NCBI GenBank assembly: GCA_043228905.1
Contig: JBHGNT010000015.1
Coordinates: forward strand, 2,418,001-2,482,000
Origin: Azolla caroliniana
Taxonomy: Eukaryota > Plantae > Polypodiophyta
Reading direction: 5' to 3'
Length of the DNA stretch: 64,000 nucleotides
Positions 9,871 through 22,374 of the stretch are shown here, piece after piece. Position 1 is the first letter of the stretch, and the number at the start of each line of letters is the position of its first letter. The position numbers were made by a program, and so were the translations under genes. The notes under the pieces are model-generated. The model had not been told where the DNA came from and ran no database searches. It saw nothing but the letters and a program-made list of their open reading frames with translations.

Positions 9871-12800
9871 TCAAATCGAAGGTGAGGCCCCACATTGGGT
9901 GGTTGTGCCGTTGGAAGGGGGGGCTTCGTATGGGCCAGAGTCAAGGAAAATGAGTAGAAGTTGTAGAAAACGAAGCTGGCTTGAATGTCGGGGTCCGAGA
10001 CGTTGAGGTATGTATGTAGGAATCTTTCGCATGACCCGGAGGCGGGGAGGAGGGAGGGTGAGGGCGAGGAGGCGGCTGGGTGTCGGGTTCATCAGGTGAG
10101 TCGTGGATCCCACTCCAAGTCCGATCTTCGGAGGGGGTGCGGGGGGAGAAGGGGGGTGCAGGGGTAGGAGGGCACGAGCATGAGCCTCATCGAACGTCAT
10201 GAGTTGATATCGTTAGCCTCGAGGTCGGTGGGCCAGTTGAACGTGGCATATTTGATGCTGAATATGTGGGTACGAACCCTGATGTCCCAGGCGGTTTGCC
10301 AAGCGCGTATTAGCCAGAGGAAACCGAAAGGGGGTACAGAGGTCGTTGTGTTTTCCAACAGGGTGCGGGTGAGGGTGTCGACGATGTGGTGTAAGCGCAC
10401 CAATGTTGCGAAGAGGTGGGCTAGTTGGTCTTCAGTGACTTGCTTCGTGACATCAGAAGGGTAGGTGAAATAGATCAGGTCGGAGATGTCTAAGTCAGGG
10501 GTGAGGGCGGTGTGAAGGTAGGCCATACCTTCAAGGAACAAAATGGGGAGGTGTTGGGGGAAGAGGTTGCTGGCTGGGGGGTCAGGTTCTTCGGTGGCTT
10601 CCTGGTACAACATGAAGAGGGCAAGGGCCCGATTGTCTTTGGGGAGTACTCGGATGAAGGTTTGCCGGTCTGGGGGTGTGGTGTCGTCAAAGAATACGCG
10701 ACGTGTGGCGGCTAACGACCGAAGGACGCACGTTGCTTGGATGGGGAGGGTGCGTGGTGCAGTGAAAAGTTCAGAGAACAGGGAGGTCGAGGTCACGTAC
10801 ACCGAGAGTGCCTGGATCATATTCAGAGAGCCAGTTGGGGGGAGGAGAGGGGTCTGAACGGTGGAGGGGTCTGTCACGCCGGGGGTGAGGGCGTGTTCAA
10901 GGGCGGCTTTGGATGTGTGGAGTTGGAGGATGTCCTTTTCGAGGTCGGCGCATTGGCGGCGGTGTTTGATGAGGAGACATCGGTTCTGTTCATTGGCAAC
11001 TTCGACTTGGTGGACCATGGCGTCTCATTCAGCCTTGAGGGTGGTGATCTCGCTCGTGAGTTGGTGAGTGGTGGCCATGGCGGCGGCCAAGGCCTCGAAT
11101 CGTTCGGAGAGATAAACCGTCATGGCTACGAGGCGGGCCTCGGTCAGTTGGTGTTGGGTGGTGAGGCGGACGTACTCGGCCGAAAGTTCGGCATGTGTTT
11201 GCGCTGCGCGTTCCTGGTCGTGGTGCCAGGTTGTCTGAGCTTGTTGGAATTCGTCAGCGAGTTGTTGGTGGCGGGTTTGCGTTGTCAAGAGTTCTTGCTT
11301 GAGGAGGTCGTGGGCGGCTGCTTGGCACGCGTTGGTATGGAGGGCGCTCCGTACCTCGACGGCCAAGATCTCGTTCCGTGTAGAGGTCTCGTGTTGGTCG
11401 GTGGCGGTCTGTTGGGCATGTGCATGAACTTGAAGTAACGACGGCATTCATCTTGAGGAGGTCGGTCACCATGTTGGTTAAGGGTTTGGGGGGGACGGCG
11501 AGGGAGGGGGTAGGGTGAGTACTAACTGCAGTGCGTGAGGTCGAGCTGGGCAGGGGGGGTCGGGAGTGGGGGTGGCGGTGGCGGTGGCGGGGTTGCCATC
11601 TGGGTGGGGGCGAGGGTGGGTTGGAGGGGAACTGTTGGGGTTGTGGCCGAGGGCCAGTCGGGGGTTTCAGTGTCAGGAGCAGTGTGGCGGGCGAGTTTAT
11701 GGGGTTGAGGTTGCGGGGTGTCGTCGGTGGTGGTGGACGGGAAAGGCAGGGTAGTTGTGGCCGAGGCGGGCGGAGAGGATGCGTGGGGTAGAGGGGTTGG
11801 CGAGGTGGGGGGAGGCGGGGCTAGCGGGTTCCGTTGGTCACGCAAGATTGACTCAATGGTGCAGCTGCGGGTACGCGGAGTCGTGGTTGTGTTCTGATGT
11901 GACACATAATGGAAGGTAGTGGACAAGGCCTGGATTTCGTGGGGGTGAACTCGTGTGTCTGGAATTCCTTGACACGATTTGTGATATCCTCGGGGGTGTT
12001 GAGGTTATCTTCGGCTGACACGTGGGTGATCGGGGGTTGTTTGTGCACCGGTGGTCGTGCATGTTCGCCTTGGTGTACCTGTCGTAAAAAGTTGCGTTCG
12101 GGGAGGTGAAGGCGCTCGAGTTGGCCTGGAATAGTGATCTTGCGGAAGTGTTCTTGGCAGCGTACGAAGGGAGGGGCGGGGGGTCTGATGCTGAACTTTG
12201 CGCACAAGTAGCGGGTGAGGAACCACGCGAAATTGACAGTCGATTTGGGCCGTGTGTGCTATTCTCGAACCCGGTGGACAAGCTCGTGAGCCCACTGGAC
12301 TGGTTGCGGCTCATGTGCCCACTTGAGGTACTCGCCGGTGATACGAGCGGTGGCATTGGTAGATGCGGTGTCGCCGAATTGGGCAATTGTGCTACAACGG
12401 TCGTGGAGATGGAGAGGGATTTCAGTGTAATGCCAACCTTCGCGTCTAGAATATTCAGCGTAGGTGGTAGGAATGATGCCAGGGACAACCCCAGGGGTCC
12501 TCGTGGTGCGGAAGGGGGCGCCCTCGAGTGGTAAATGCAACGTAGCACAAACGTCGGCCGCGGTGAACTGGAATGCGACGGGGGGGGAGTCCGCGAAAGG
12601 CTGCATATCGACGTGGTTCGTATCGGGGTTGTACCCGATGAGGAAACGATTGACCAGTTCGGGTAGGACGCCCCACGGCCTGATCCCAAGGAAGAACTTG
12701 AGGCCAAGTCGTGAGAGGGTGGCGAACACGTCGGGTTCGAGGTACTTAAGCTGCGTGGCGGCTGTGGGGACCCGGTAAGTACTTCGGGTGTTGTTGAACA

Positions 12801-12888
12801 CCGCTAGAATGACTAAGGAACCGCACCCTGCGTCGGGGTAGTATGCGTGGAGGAGTTTGATGAATTGGGGAGACGTCATCGTTTGCAA
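9871..12888 (-). pseudogene. Extra 3' ORF of the Gypsy element (plant mobile domain/Transposase_32-like N-terminus, Pro-rich linker, coiled coil), broken by stops and frameshifts
   Basis: ORF pieces 12259-12888 (LPELVNRFLIGY..FTAADVCATLHLPLEG..VQWAHEL), 11522-11926 (Pro/Thr-rich), 11025-11447 and 10197-11018 (heptad-rich). It lies in sense orientation between IN and the PPT. Confidence 0.6.
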
Positions 12889-12981
12889 CTTGCGAGGAAA
12901 ATTATTAGTATAGTTAAATTTGGTGACGAATCAGTAAGTTCGGGTAGTTTCAATAGATTCCTCTTTTTTTTATCTTTTTTT

Positions 12982-13367
12982 TTTAACAGAGCGGGATGTG
13001 GAGTTCTAACTACGTAGTAACTCAACAACGAAGAGTTACGTGTTCGAGGGGTTGGGCTCCTCGAACAACGTGTGGTTCGAGGAGTTGGGCTGGGTGTGGT
13101 TCGAGGGGTAGGGCTCCTCGAACTACATTCGAGGGGTTGGGCCCCTCAGACACTGTTTATTTATTTATTTATTTATTTTAACAGAGCGGGATGTGGAGTC
13201 CTAACTACGTAGTAACTCAACAACGAAGAGTTACGTGTTTGAGGGGTTGGGCTCCTCGAACAACGTGTGGTTTGAGGAGTTGGGCCCCTCGAACACTGTG
13301 TGGTTCAAGGGGTTGGGCCTTTCAAACACTATGTGGTTCGAGGGGTTGGGCTCCTCGAACAACGTGT
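12982..13367. repeat. Duplicated block containing 33-bp self-complementary tandem units
   Basis: AACAGAGCGGGATGTGGAG...GAAGAGTTACG occurs twice (~12985 and ~13180), each followed by GTTCGAGGGGTTGGGCTCCTCGAACAAC-type units. Confidence 0.9.
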
Positions 13368-13374
13368 TAGAGCA

Positions 13375-13735
13375 AAGAAGAAGAAGAAAAAGGAGAAAGA
13401 AAAAAGAAAGAAGAAAGAGTAAAAATAATACAAAGAATAAAATAAAACAACAAAACCACGAAAAATAAAATAAAATAAAATAAAATAAAATAAAAATATA
13501 TATATATATATATAATATATAAAAATATAAAAATTATAATCGTTATAGAAAATAAAATAATAAAAATCATAAAAATAAAATATAAAAAAAACCGATAAAT
13601 AAAAATAAAAATGAAAATAATAGTCATTAAAAATAAATTAAATCAATAAAATGATAATAAAGATCATAAAAAATAAAAAATAAAAAAATAAAAAAATAAA
13701 AAAAATAAAAAATACAAATAATAAAACATAAACCA
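13375..13735. repeat. A-rich low-complexity spacer inside the Gypsy element
   Basis: (AAAAT)n and (TA)n tracts, U-rich on the element's sense strand. Confidence 0.85.
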
Positions 13736-14159
13736 CGGCAACGAGGGACAACCAATGGGGATGCGAGGTCGGAAGGGCAAGGAGGAATCGATGGAAAAGA
13801 TTCGGATATCGATGATGACTAAGAAACTGCGGGGTGGCTAGGTTGGCATACGGGCGGGAGGTCTGAACGGGGGTCTACGGGGAATGTGGTAGGGGATTGG
13901 AGAAATTAAGAGCTTTTGAGAAACCTTGAGGGTGCGACTGTGGAGGGAGTGTCACTCGGGTATCGTGTGAGGTTCCGGGTCCGTGACTTTTAAGGATCCA
14001 AACCTGCGGTATGTTTGTTAAGGGGATGGGGAGGATTTGTGAAACCTTTCTACGGGGTGTTCGGTCTCTCAGTTGTTTAGGCTTGTCGATTCCTGTGGCT
14101 TTAGCCTGGGCAGGATACTAGACTGATGTGCGTGATTTTCAGGTGTTCCATATAGGTGT

Positions 14160-15146
14160 GGTATGATTGTGACTAGGGAGCCAACTTTGTTTCGGGACCC
14201 AGAAGCTAGTGGCGCCTTTGTGCCAACCTTGTGCGGTTGTGACTGTCTTTTTGACTCGCCAAATGGCAGATTCTCCGCAACGTTGTCAGTCCGCAAAAAC
14301 AGCGTGAACGTTAACCCATTCCTATGGTTTGGGCGTCTGTGTTCTGACATTAGCGTCGCGCTGGTCTTGGGTGGCCAATGGATGTTGGCATTCGGTTTGG
14401 TTGAGCGACTCCGCGCCTAGGGGTTCATCAATGTCCCATGCAGGGGTGTTTCGATCGCGAGCGGGGAGTCGATTTCGTTTCGGAACCCAGAAGGTAGTGG
14501 CGCCATTGTGCCAACCTTGTGTGGTTGTGAGTATTTTTCTGACTCGCCACACCGCACGTTCTCCGCAACGTGGGCCTTCAGCGAAAATTGCGTGGACATT
14601 CACCCATTCTTGTGGTTTGGGTGTCTGTGTTCTAATGTTGGTGTCGCATTGGCCATGGACAACCCGTGGGTGTTGGTGTGTTGCTTGTTTGGGTAACTCC
14701 ACGCTTTGGGGATCAGTGAGGACAACGGGATGTGATTCGAGTGTTGTTGCGATGAGGTCCTCGGACTTCAGTTCATCTCCTATTTGGAAAGAGACGATGT
14801 GTTTGCTGGGTGATAAGAGACATTCGCTTGTGCGACACCAATCTAAACCGAGGAGGCATTGTGTGTACATCACTCCGGGTGGGAGTACCCGAACTTGGAT
14901 TGAGTGCGCGTTGTATTCTGTCTTGATGCTACACCCGAAAGTTCCCAGGCAGCATGACGTGGACCCATCGAAGCCACGGAAGTTGTCGTTGCACACTTAG
15001 AGGTCTGGGCAACCTAGACGTCTCCATGTTTCGAAGGAGAGAAGGGTTAGCGATGCTCCGGTGTCGATTACCACCGTCAAAGGCATGTCGTTGACACAAC
15101 ATCATAGTTGTATTGTTTTGTCATTAGGGTTGGTTGCCTGAGCCAT
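14160..15146 (-). pseudogene. Second retropepsin-like aspartic protease plus a duplicated ~60-aa module, downstream of integrase
   Basis: MAQATNPNDKTIQL*CCVNDMPLTVVIDTGASLTLLSFETWRRLGCPDL*VCNDNFRGFDGS...CLLGLDW, in frame with pol. Confidence 0.8.
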
Positions 15147-15167
15147 GGCTATCAGATGGGCGTGTCC

Positions 15168-18157
15168 CTATCGCTTCAATTTCTCTTGCGTATTGCGCAA
15201 GTCGGTTTCGAGCCGGGCCATTCGGCCTTTAGAGGCTTTAAGTTTGGCCTCTACCTCTCGTTGCCGAGCCGTGAGTAGAGCCTCGAGTGTGAGGGGTCCA
15301 TAGTAACGTTTGAGCTTGCTCCCATTAATGAACCTGGGGATGTCAAAACCTTCGAGCGTGTGTAGGCAACATGCTCCTATCTTGGTAATCTCCGAAACCA
15401 CATACGGGCCTTCACCCCGTAACTTAAGCTTCTTCTTGTGTCGTTGAGAGGAGAATCTGAGGGCCATGTCGCCTTCAGCGAGGTCTTTGTTCTTGACTTT
15501 ATTGTCGTGCCAAACCTTTCTATTGGCTTTCTCTGCCAAGAGTGCCTGGAATGCGAGAAGGCGGGTTTCTGTCAGTCGTTCTAGGTTCTCTAGGTGTGAC
15601 GGGAGGGGGTCCCCATCCCATCGTTCTTGTACGACGATCTTGAGGCTGGGGACAAGGAACTCGATGGGTAATACTGCTTCTTGCCCGTACATTAGTTTGA
15701 ATGGTGTGTGGCGAGTTGTGACTTCGTAGGAAGTACGGAAAGCCCATAATGCTGCTTGGAGTTTGGTGCTCCAATCAGATCGTGAGGCGGCGACTATCTT
15801 TGTGAGCACTGCAGATAGCACCTTATTCGTGCTTTCCGCTTGTCCGTTGCATCGAGGGTAATAAGGAGAACTTTTGCGGTGTGTCATCATAAATTCGCCT
15901 AGTAAATGTGCTATCACCTCGTTTAGGAAATGCGAGCCTTGGTCACTAATGACTTCAAGCGGACATCCAAACCGTACGATGACATTTTCATATAAGAATT
16001 TGGCAGTACTGCGCGAGTCGGCGTTAACGCAAGCTTTAGCTTCGACCCACTTGGTGACGTAGTCGGTGGCGGTTATTATGTATCGGTTGAGGTTGGAAGC
16101 TGGGTTGATTGGGCCGATAAAGTCGATACCCCATTTCTCGAATGGTTGCCATGCCACCACCGAGTTTAACATATTAAAATCCGCTTTTAGCGGGTGTTTG
16201 AAACGTTGGCACTCGTCACAGCGGCGTACGTACGCGTATGCGTCTTTGAAGAGTGTTGGCCACCATAGGCCAAACTGGAGGATCTTGCGCGCAGTGGTCT
16301 CGTGATTGAAATGACCACTTCCACTCCCGCAATGAGCTTGTTCGAGGGTGGTGACGACGTCATGGTCTGTTACACACCTCCAAAGTAGATCGTCGTTACC
16401 CTGACGGTACAAATTGCCACGAAGCATCGTGAAGGGGCCACATTTCTTTAGCAAGACACGCGCATGTGTCCGTGGTATTTGTTTTAGGAAGGACGCTCCT
16501 TCAGTTAGGACGCGAACGATGTCTGATGCCCATGTTGGTACGGTGTCGATCACGAATAATGTTGCATCTGGTGTTTCATCGTCGACCCCAATGGCTTCTT
16601 CTCCGTTGGGAATCCGGGAGAAATGATCAGCGAGTACATGGTCTTTCCCTTTTCTCACTACCACCTTGAAGTCGATCTCGAGTAACGTTACGATCCATCG
16701 TGAGATGCGTCCGGTGGCGTGAGTTTTGTTTACTAAGTAGAGTAGGGCCAGTTGATCTACAAAAACCGAGAACCGGGACACCAAAAGGTAGTGGCGGAAT
16801 TTCTTTATGCTATAAACCATGGCCAAAGCCTCCCATTCCGTCGTGGAGTAATTTCGTTTCGCGGCATTTAGTTGGCGACTAGCGAAGGTGACCGGTAGGT
16901 AAAGTGCCCCTTCACCGGGTTGAGCTAGCACTGCACCAATCACGAAGGCGGAAGCGTTAGTGTGAACGTGGAATTCTTTGGTCCAATCGGGAGGCCAGAG
17001 GATGGGGGCCTTAGTTAGGCCCTCTTTCAAGAGCTTGAAGGAGTGTGTGCATTCTTCTGTCCACACGAACTGCTTTAATAGGGTGTAGAGTGGTCTAGCC
17101 TTGTCCACGAACATCTTAATGAAGCGTCTATAGTAACCTGCGTATCCCATGAACCCTTGTAGTTGTTTCTCGTTCGTGAGGGGTGGCATGTCGAGGATGA
17201 GTTTTACTTTTGCCTCATCGGTCGAGATCCCGTGGCCAGACACGACGTGTCCTAATATTATTCCGTGCTTGACCCAGAATTGACACTTGAGTGGGTTGAG
17301 AGAGAGTTGATAGGTCCTGCATTTTTCGAACGTCAAACGGAGTAGCCCCAAGTGGTCATGCCATTTCAAATTGCAACATAAGTCATCAACATAAGACTTC
17401 ACCCCTTGTCGTAACCTTGCTGCAAAGATATGGTCCGCCGCTCTTTGGTAGGTGCTCAAGGCACTCGTGATCAAATTCGCCACGTACCAAATTCCATGGC
17501 GAAAGCTGTCTTGTGTTGATCCTCAGGGACCACCGAGATTTGGTTGTACCCGGAGAACCCGTCGATGAAGCTATAAGCTTCCGCTCCCGCGGTTCTTTTG
17601 AGTAGATGTTCAATGTAGGGTACCAGGTAATTGTCCTTGATAGTGGCTTCGTTAACTTGGCGGTAGTCGACACATATGCGGATCTTGCCGTTTTTCTTTG
17701 GGACGACTACAATCGGGGAGACCCAAGTAGTTCGTTCGATTGGGTAGATAATGCTTGCAGCCAACATTTTGTTGATTTCGGCTTTCACTTGTTGGGCGTA
17801 GTTAGGGTTCATTGGACGTGGCCTTTGCTGGATTGGGCGGGCGTCGGCTCGCATGGGGATACTATGGGTGAACACCTCAGCTGGGACTCCCTTCATGTCG
17901 ACGTACAACCATGCAAACACGTCGCTAAATTCCGTGAGGAGGGTGATCAACGACGCCTCCTCGTCAGGCTGGAGATCTACGGCTATGAACACCGGTTTGG
18001 AGTCTATCCCTTTCCCGAGGTTGATTTCTTTTACCCTTGCTGGTCCATCATAGACTTCTCCTAGGCCTTGGGGGGTACGTTGTGGTATCTTACAAGCCAC
18101 TGCCCTACTCCCTTGTTCATAGAGTTTGAAATGCTCTGGGAAGTCCGCTTCCGTCAC
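15168..18157 (-). pseudogene. Gypsy pol: RT, RNase H, integrase
   Basis: WVSPIVVVPKKNGKIRICVDYR, IDGFSGYNQI, YVDD, HTNASAFVIGAVLAQ, HCG..GH..CDEC, WGIDFIGP, ISDQGSHF, NGQAESTNK and GPY. One frameshift/deletion near 17475. Confidence 0.95.
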
Positions 18158-18636
18158 AGTCTTCTGAGTGGTCGTGACCTCACCTGGATGGGTGACCCGT
18201 TGTACCAGTTCTTCGTCCTTTACGTCTACTTCTTTTCATCGGGGTCCCAGGGTGGTGACGTTGAAGCACGAGATTGTTTCTCCGTCCTCTTCACAACACT
18301 TTGTACCTATAGGGTACATTGCATCGGTTGTGGTGAGAGCATGCACCTAGTTCATCTCTGACGTCTCGGAAGCGACGGATTGGTCGTCTCTCTCACGTGT
18401 GTTCTCCTCTTTGGAAGTGGTGAGGCTTTGAGGAAAGTGTTGGCCTCTGGTCAAGAGTTGAACTGTCTTTGTGGGGTTGCACGCTAGGAGGTTGGTCTCG
18501 AACTCAGTGGTTTCTAACTAATCGTCTACGAGAGGGCTGCCTTCTTGTTCATGCACTTTTTGCGTGTATGCTTTGATGCAGAAGGTTTTGTTGTCCTTAC
18601 GCATATAGATTATATCGTTCCCGAGATCCATTACTG

Positions 18637-19254
18637 TCATGATATGGCAAGACTTCTGACAATTACCAGGCGGCTTATACGTAGGAATGACCTTCCTAGT
18701 AAGCACTCGTAGGCTACATGGTTGGACGATCTTGTGACGACGAAGGTGAGATTGAACTCCACTCCGTGGATAGTGAAGTGATGCATAGGAATCATGCCTT
18801 CCGGTCTTTGGATGGACCCATCTGCCATTCGTAGTTTGACATCGGAAGGAAGCATTCTTGGGCTCCCCCACTTACACCAACATTCGTAACTGACGATACT
18901 TACCCCTGCTCCAGTGTCAATGATGGCGTCACACGTCTTACCATTGATGCAAACTGGTAGAGTGAAACTAGTGTCATCACTCTTGAAGTGAACTTCGTGG
19001 ACGTCGATTGGCGGTCCTTCGGGTTGTTTGAGGAGTGTGGACGTGTGAGGAGTGTGGATGTGTATCCCTTCGCCATATCCTGCCGATAGGCCACCATTGA
19101 GGCGTCGGAGGACGTCGTGCCACGGTTGAATGTCGAGTTTGAGTAGTTCTTCGAGCGTGAACTCTATTTCCTTGGCGAGTAGAGGTCGTAGCAGGGGATA
19201 GTCGGTGGTGAAGGTGCCAATGTAGCTCTGCACTTCGCGTAATGTAAGTCGCAA
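18637..19254 (-). pseudogene. Gypsy aspartic protease (canonical position)
   Basis: AIIDTGAGVSIVS...LRMADGS...CLLGRSFL. Confidence 0.9.
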
Positions 19255-19719
19255 TCTTAAATTGGTCGGATGTGTTGACCTCTTTGATCAGGGTAGGATG
19301 GCAAGTGGGGGTGTCGGTTGGTGTGACGACGGGGGGAGGTGAGGGGTTTACCCATTCTTCGAGTTGGTCAAATTTTAAGCTGGGGAGGCTAAGTGATTTT
19401 TCAAACTGTTCGTGGTGTATGAGCTTGATGTATTCTTCTACCTTTTGTTTCTCAGCTACTGCGTTTGGGTATGCCGCTAGGTGTGCCAGTAGTTCTTGAT
19501 TCGGGTTGACAGTAATGTTTCTGTGTCTCCCTCCGGTTCTTGATCTTGTTTTGAGGTCTGTGTGGAATTATGCTTTCTAGATTTGCATCTCTTACGTGCG
19601 GTCACGGGGAGACCTTGATCTTGGTATTTTAAATTGCACGCTACTCGTTGGGCTCGTGTGATGACATTGGCACCGATCGTGGATGGTAGAATGGACAACA
19701 TATTTGTGCCGACCCTTTT

Positions 19720-21518
19720 CTTCTTTTCTGGGCAATCAGGTACTAGGTGTTCTTTACCGCACCCTGGGCATGATGCTTCTCTTTGGAACCATTCGATAAG
19801 GTCTTGCGACTATTGGGTGAGACCTTGCGCCAGTGGTTGCGGGGGCGTGTCGAGTGGGAGGTGTCGTGGTCGTTGGGCCATCCGGTTGTAGTATTCATGT
19901 TTGGTTGGGCACTCACTAACCATATGTGAGCCTTGGCAGTTGAAGCATTTCAATTCTGACCTCCTTAGACCATTGTTGTTGCGGTATCCCATAGGGAGTC
20001 CACGTTGTTCCCCTCTCATGACGTACACTGGTATTTGGTCGCCTTCAAAGTCCACGAAATGGGAAAACACCTCTTCTTCAATGCCATACTCCCGGTACGA
20101 GTCTTCATATTTGGGGGTGCTCACCTCGACCTAGGTTTGGTTATCTGTGGTATATTCCAGTTCGGCAAGGCGAGCGCCGATGCGTAGTAGTGGGGGTTGT
20201 TGAGCGAGTATCGTTGGTAGTGGTGGGCGGCTAAGTGGTGGAGGTGAGCGTGGGTGTTCCACCATTGGCGTTTGGCCGTACCTTCCAGTGGGAGCTTGCC
20301 AGCAGTTCTCTTGCGTATGCATCACGAAAGCTTTGCACCACTTACAGTATTGCGTCGTCGTTGATGAAGGAGGTGACACTCATGTCCCGTGTGGTGGCCG
20401 TGACATATCGTGCACCTTACATTTTCTCGTTGGGCGTATGCTTGGGGTCTTTCTATACGGGGTGTTTGCGGTGGTGTGGGTAGTGCAGGGGTGGAGTTGG
20501 AGGATTTCTCGCGGTTGTTCGTAGGTGCGTGAGTGGGTATTTGTAACCCGCTCATCGAATCTTCAAAGGTCATCACTATTGTGCAGGCTTCAGCAAACGA
20601 TCGACACATCCTGGCAATTAGGAAATTTTGGAGTGTCGGATTGAACAACCCATTAATGAAACGGCTCATCAACTTGTCATCCGACATCTTGTCGCTCAGA
20701 CTACAACAATGATGCAAGCTTTTCGTGCGACGTATGTAGTCCCTGACCGTTTTGTTTGCTTCTTGCTTGAGGGCAAAAAGTTGGTCAATCGGGTTCCATT
20801 TATTCCCTCTGCGAGTGAAGTTTATCAAGAAATCCTCGATGACGTACTCGAAATCAGCGACGATGTCTTCATTCAAGGTTCGAAACCAAATTCCGGCTTG
20901 GTCATCAAGTGCAAGTCCAAACCCGACTACCTTGGTGATCTCTGTGAGGGGTTCATAAGCGTGACAAATCTATTTGAACCTCTCGACATGGTCATAGGCA
21001 TTGCCGAAACCGAGGAAACGGGGTACTAGTTTAGAAATGGAAGCACTCTTCCCACTGTCATTTGGGAGGTTTCTCGGATGGTTTGTGGGTGCTTGCTCTT
21101 TTTCCATCAATGCTACGAGATTTTGGATGGATTGTAGCGCTAGTGCGAGTTCGACGTTTGGAGGTGTAGGGGTAGCTTGGTCAGGTGTAGGGATTGCGCC
21201 CATGCGTGGTGGTGTCGGGTGTCGTTGTGCGCGGGCTTCGTTCGGGCTATCGCCCGTTGTGCTCGAACATGGTACGAGGCTGTGTTCCTGACTTCGGCGG
21301 TGCATGTGCGATGATGTTTCTAGGAGGTGAAGTTTTTGTTGCACTCGTGCGAATCTATCCTTCCTTTCTGCCAAAGCGGCTTCGATATCTCAAGTGGTGC
21401 TTTCCAATTGTCCTCCTTTCGCAAGTTGTGTCGTCCATTGATTGATTTCGTGTTCTATCACCCGTAACTCTTGCGTTGTCTCTCGTATATGTCGTTCTAC
21501 ACTGAGTGGGTCTGCCAT
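19720..21518 (-). pseudogene. Gypsy gag with several Cys/His knuckles
   Basis: Probable ATG at 21518 (MADPLSVERH..). Capsid motif LKQEANKTVRDYIRR...RFINGL. Knuckles CTICHGHHTGHEC, CKWC..H..ENC, CFNCQGSHMVSEC and CPGCGKEHLVPDC. Confidence 0.8.
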
Positions 21519-21755
21519 TAGGCTCTCCTATAGTGGGGGTGTGTTGAGAACTGCTTTAGTTCCTGGGCTCAATGGGAGGTTCATGTTTGGTAGTATCCCC
21601 GGAGTTAGCCACCCTCCGTGGTACTGAGTTAGGTTAGGTGGGACAACATCGTGGGTCTGGTTGGTTTGCATGGACTCCTCCGGGCGTGCAGGTCAGATTT
21701 TGAACATCTCTGTCCATGAGGATCCGGCCATGTTTTCTGGTCAAGCTTTTATAGG

Positions 21756-21927
21756 TTCGTCGAAGGATGAATATTAGTCGAATGTTGAACCTTCGTCGAA
21801 GATTGTATATTCGTCGAAGGTTGAATCTTCGTCGAAGGATGAAGATGCGTCGAAGATTGTATATCCGTCGAAGGTTGAATCTTCGTCGAAGGCTTAATCT
21901 TTGTCGAAGGTTGTTCTTTCGACGAAC
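21756..21927. repeat. ~9.5 x 18-bp tandem repeat (TTCGTCGAAGGTTGAATC) in the Gypsy 5' UTR
   Basis: Read directly; each unit contains the quasi-palindrome TTCGTCGAA. Confidence 0.9.
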
Positions 21928-22080
21928 TTTGCATGGGAAATTCAAACTTTTTGGCGCCAACGGTCGTTTCGTGACCCGCGGAGTGATCGTAAGCCGCGAG
22001 ACTCGCGGTGATTATACTTGCCCTATAACGGCCCAATCTCCACAATGTTTAATGTTAACCGAGCGAATAAACAAAAAATC

Positions 22081-22287
22081 GACTTAATTAACCTATGGAA
22101 AAATGAAAAAAAATAGAAAATGGACTTAATTAAACTATGAAATGATGAAAAAAAACAGAAAATGGACTTAATTAAACTATGAAATGATGAGAAAAACAAA
22201 AAATGGACTTAATTAAACTATGAAATGATGAGAAAAACAGAAAATGGACTTAATTAAACTATGAAATGATGAGAAAAACAGAAAATG
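22081..22287. repeat. 5 x 41-42-bp tandem repeat in the Gypsy 5' UTR
   Basis: GACTTAATTAAACTATGAAATGATGAGAAAAACAGAAAATG units. Confidence 0.9.
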
Positions 22288-22374
22288 GTGGTTCTCTTGC
22301 GATTTCTTCCTTTGTTGAGTGGTTTGCCTCCGAGTTTTTGACTACTCAAAAATAGGCTTCAAGTGTCGGTCGTA

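Noticed and set aside
9985-12778. Many plus-strand ORFs over the GC-rich Gypsy region
   Set aside because: Antisense shadows of the minus-strand extra ORF with no recognisable motifs.
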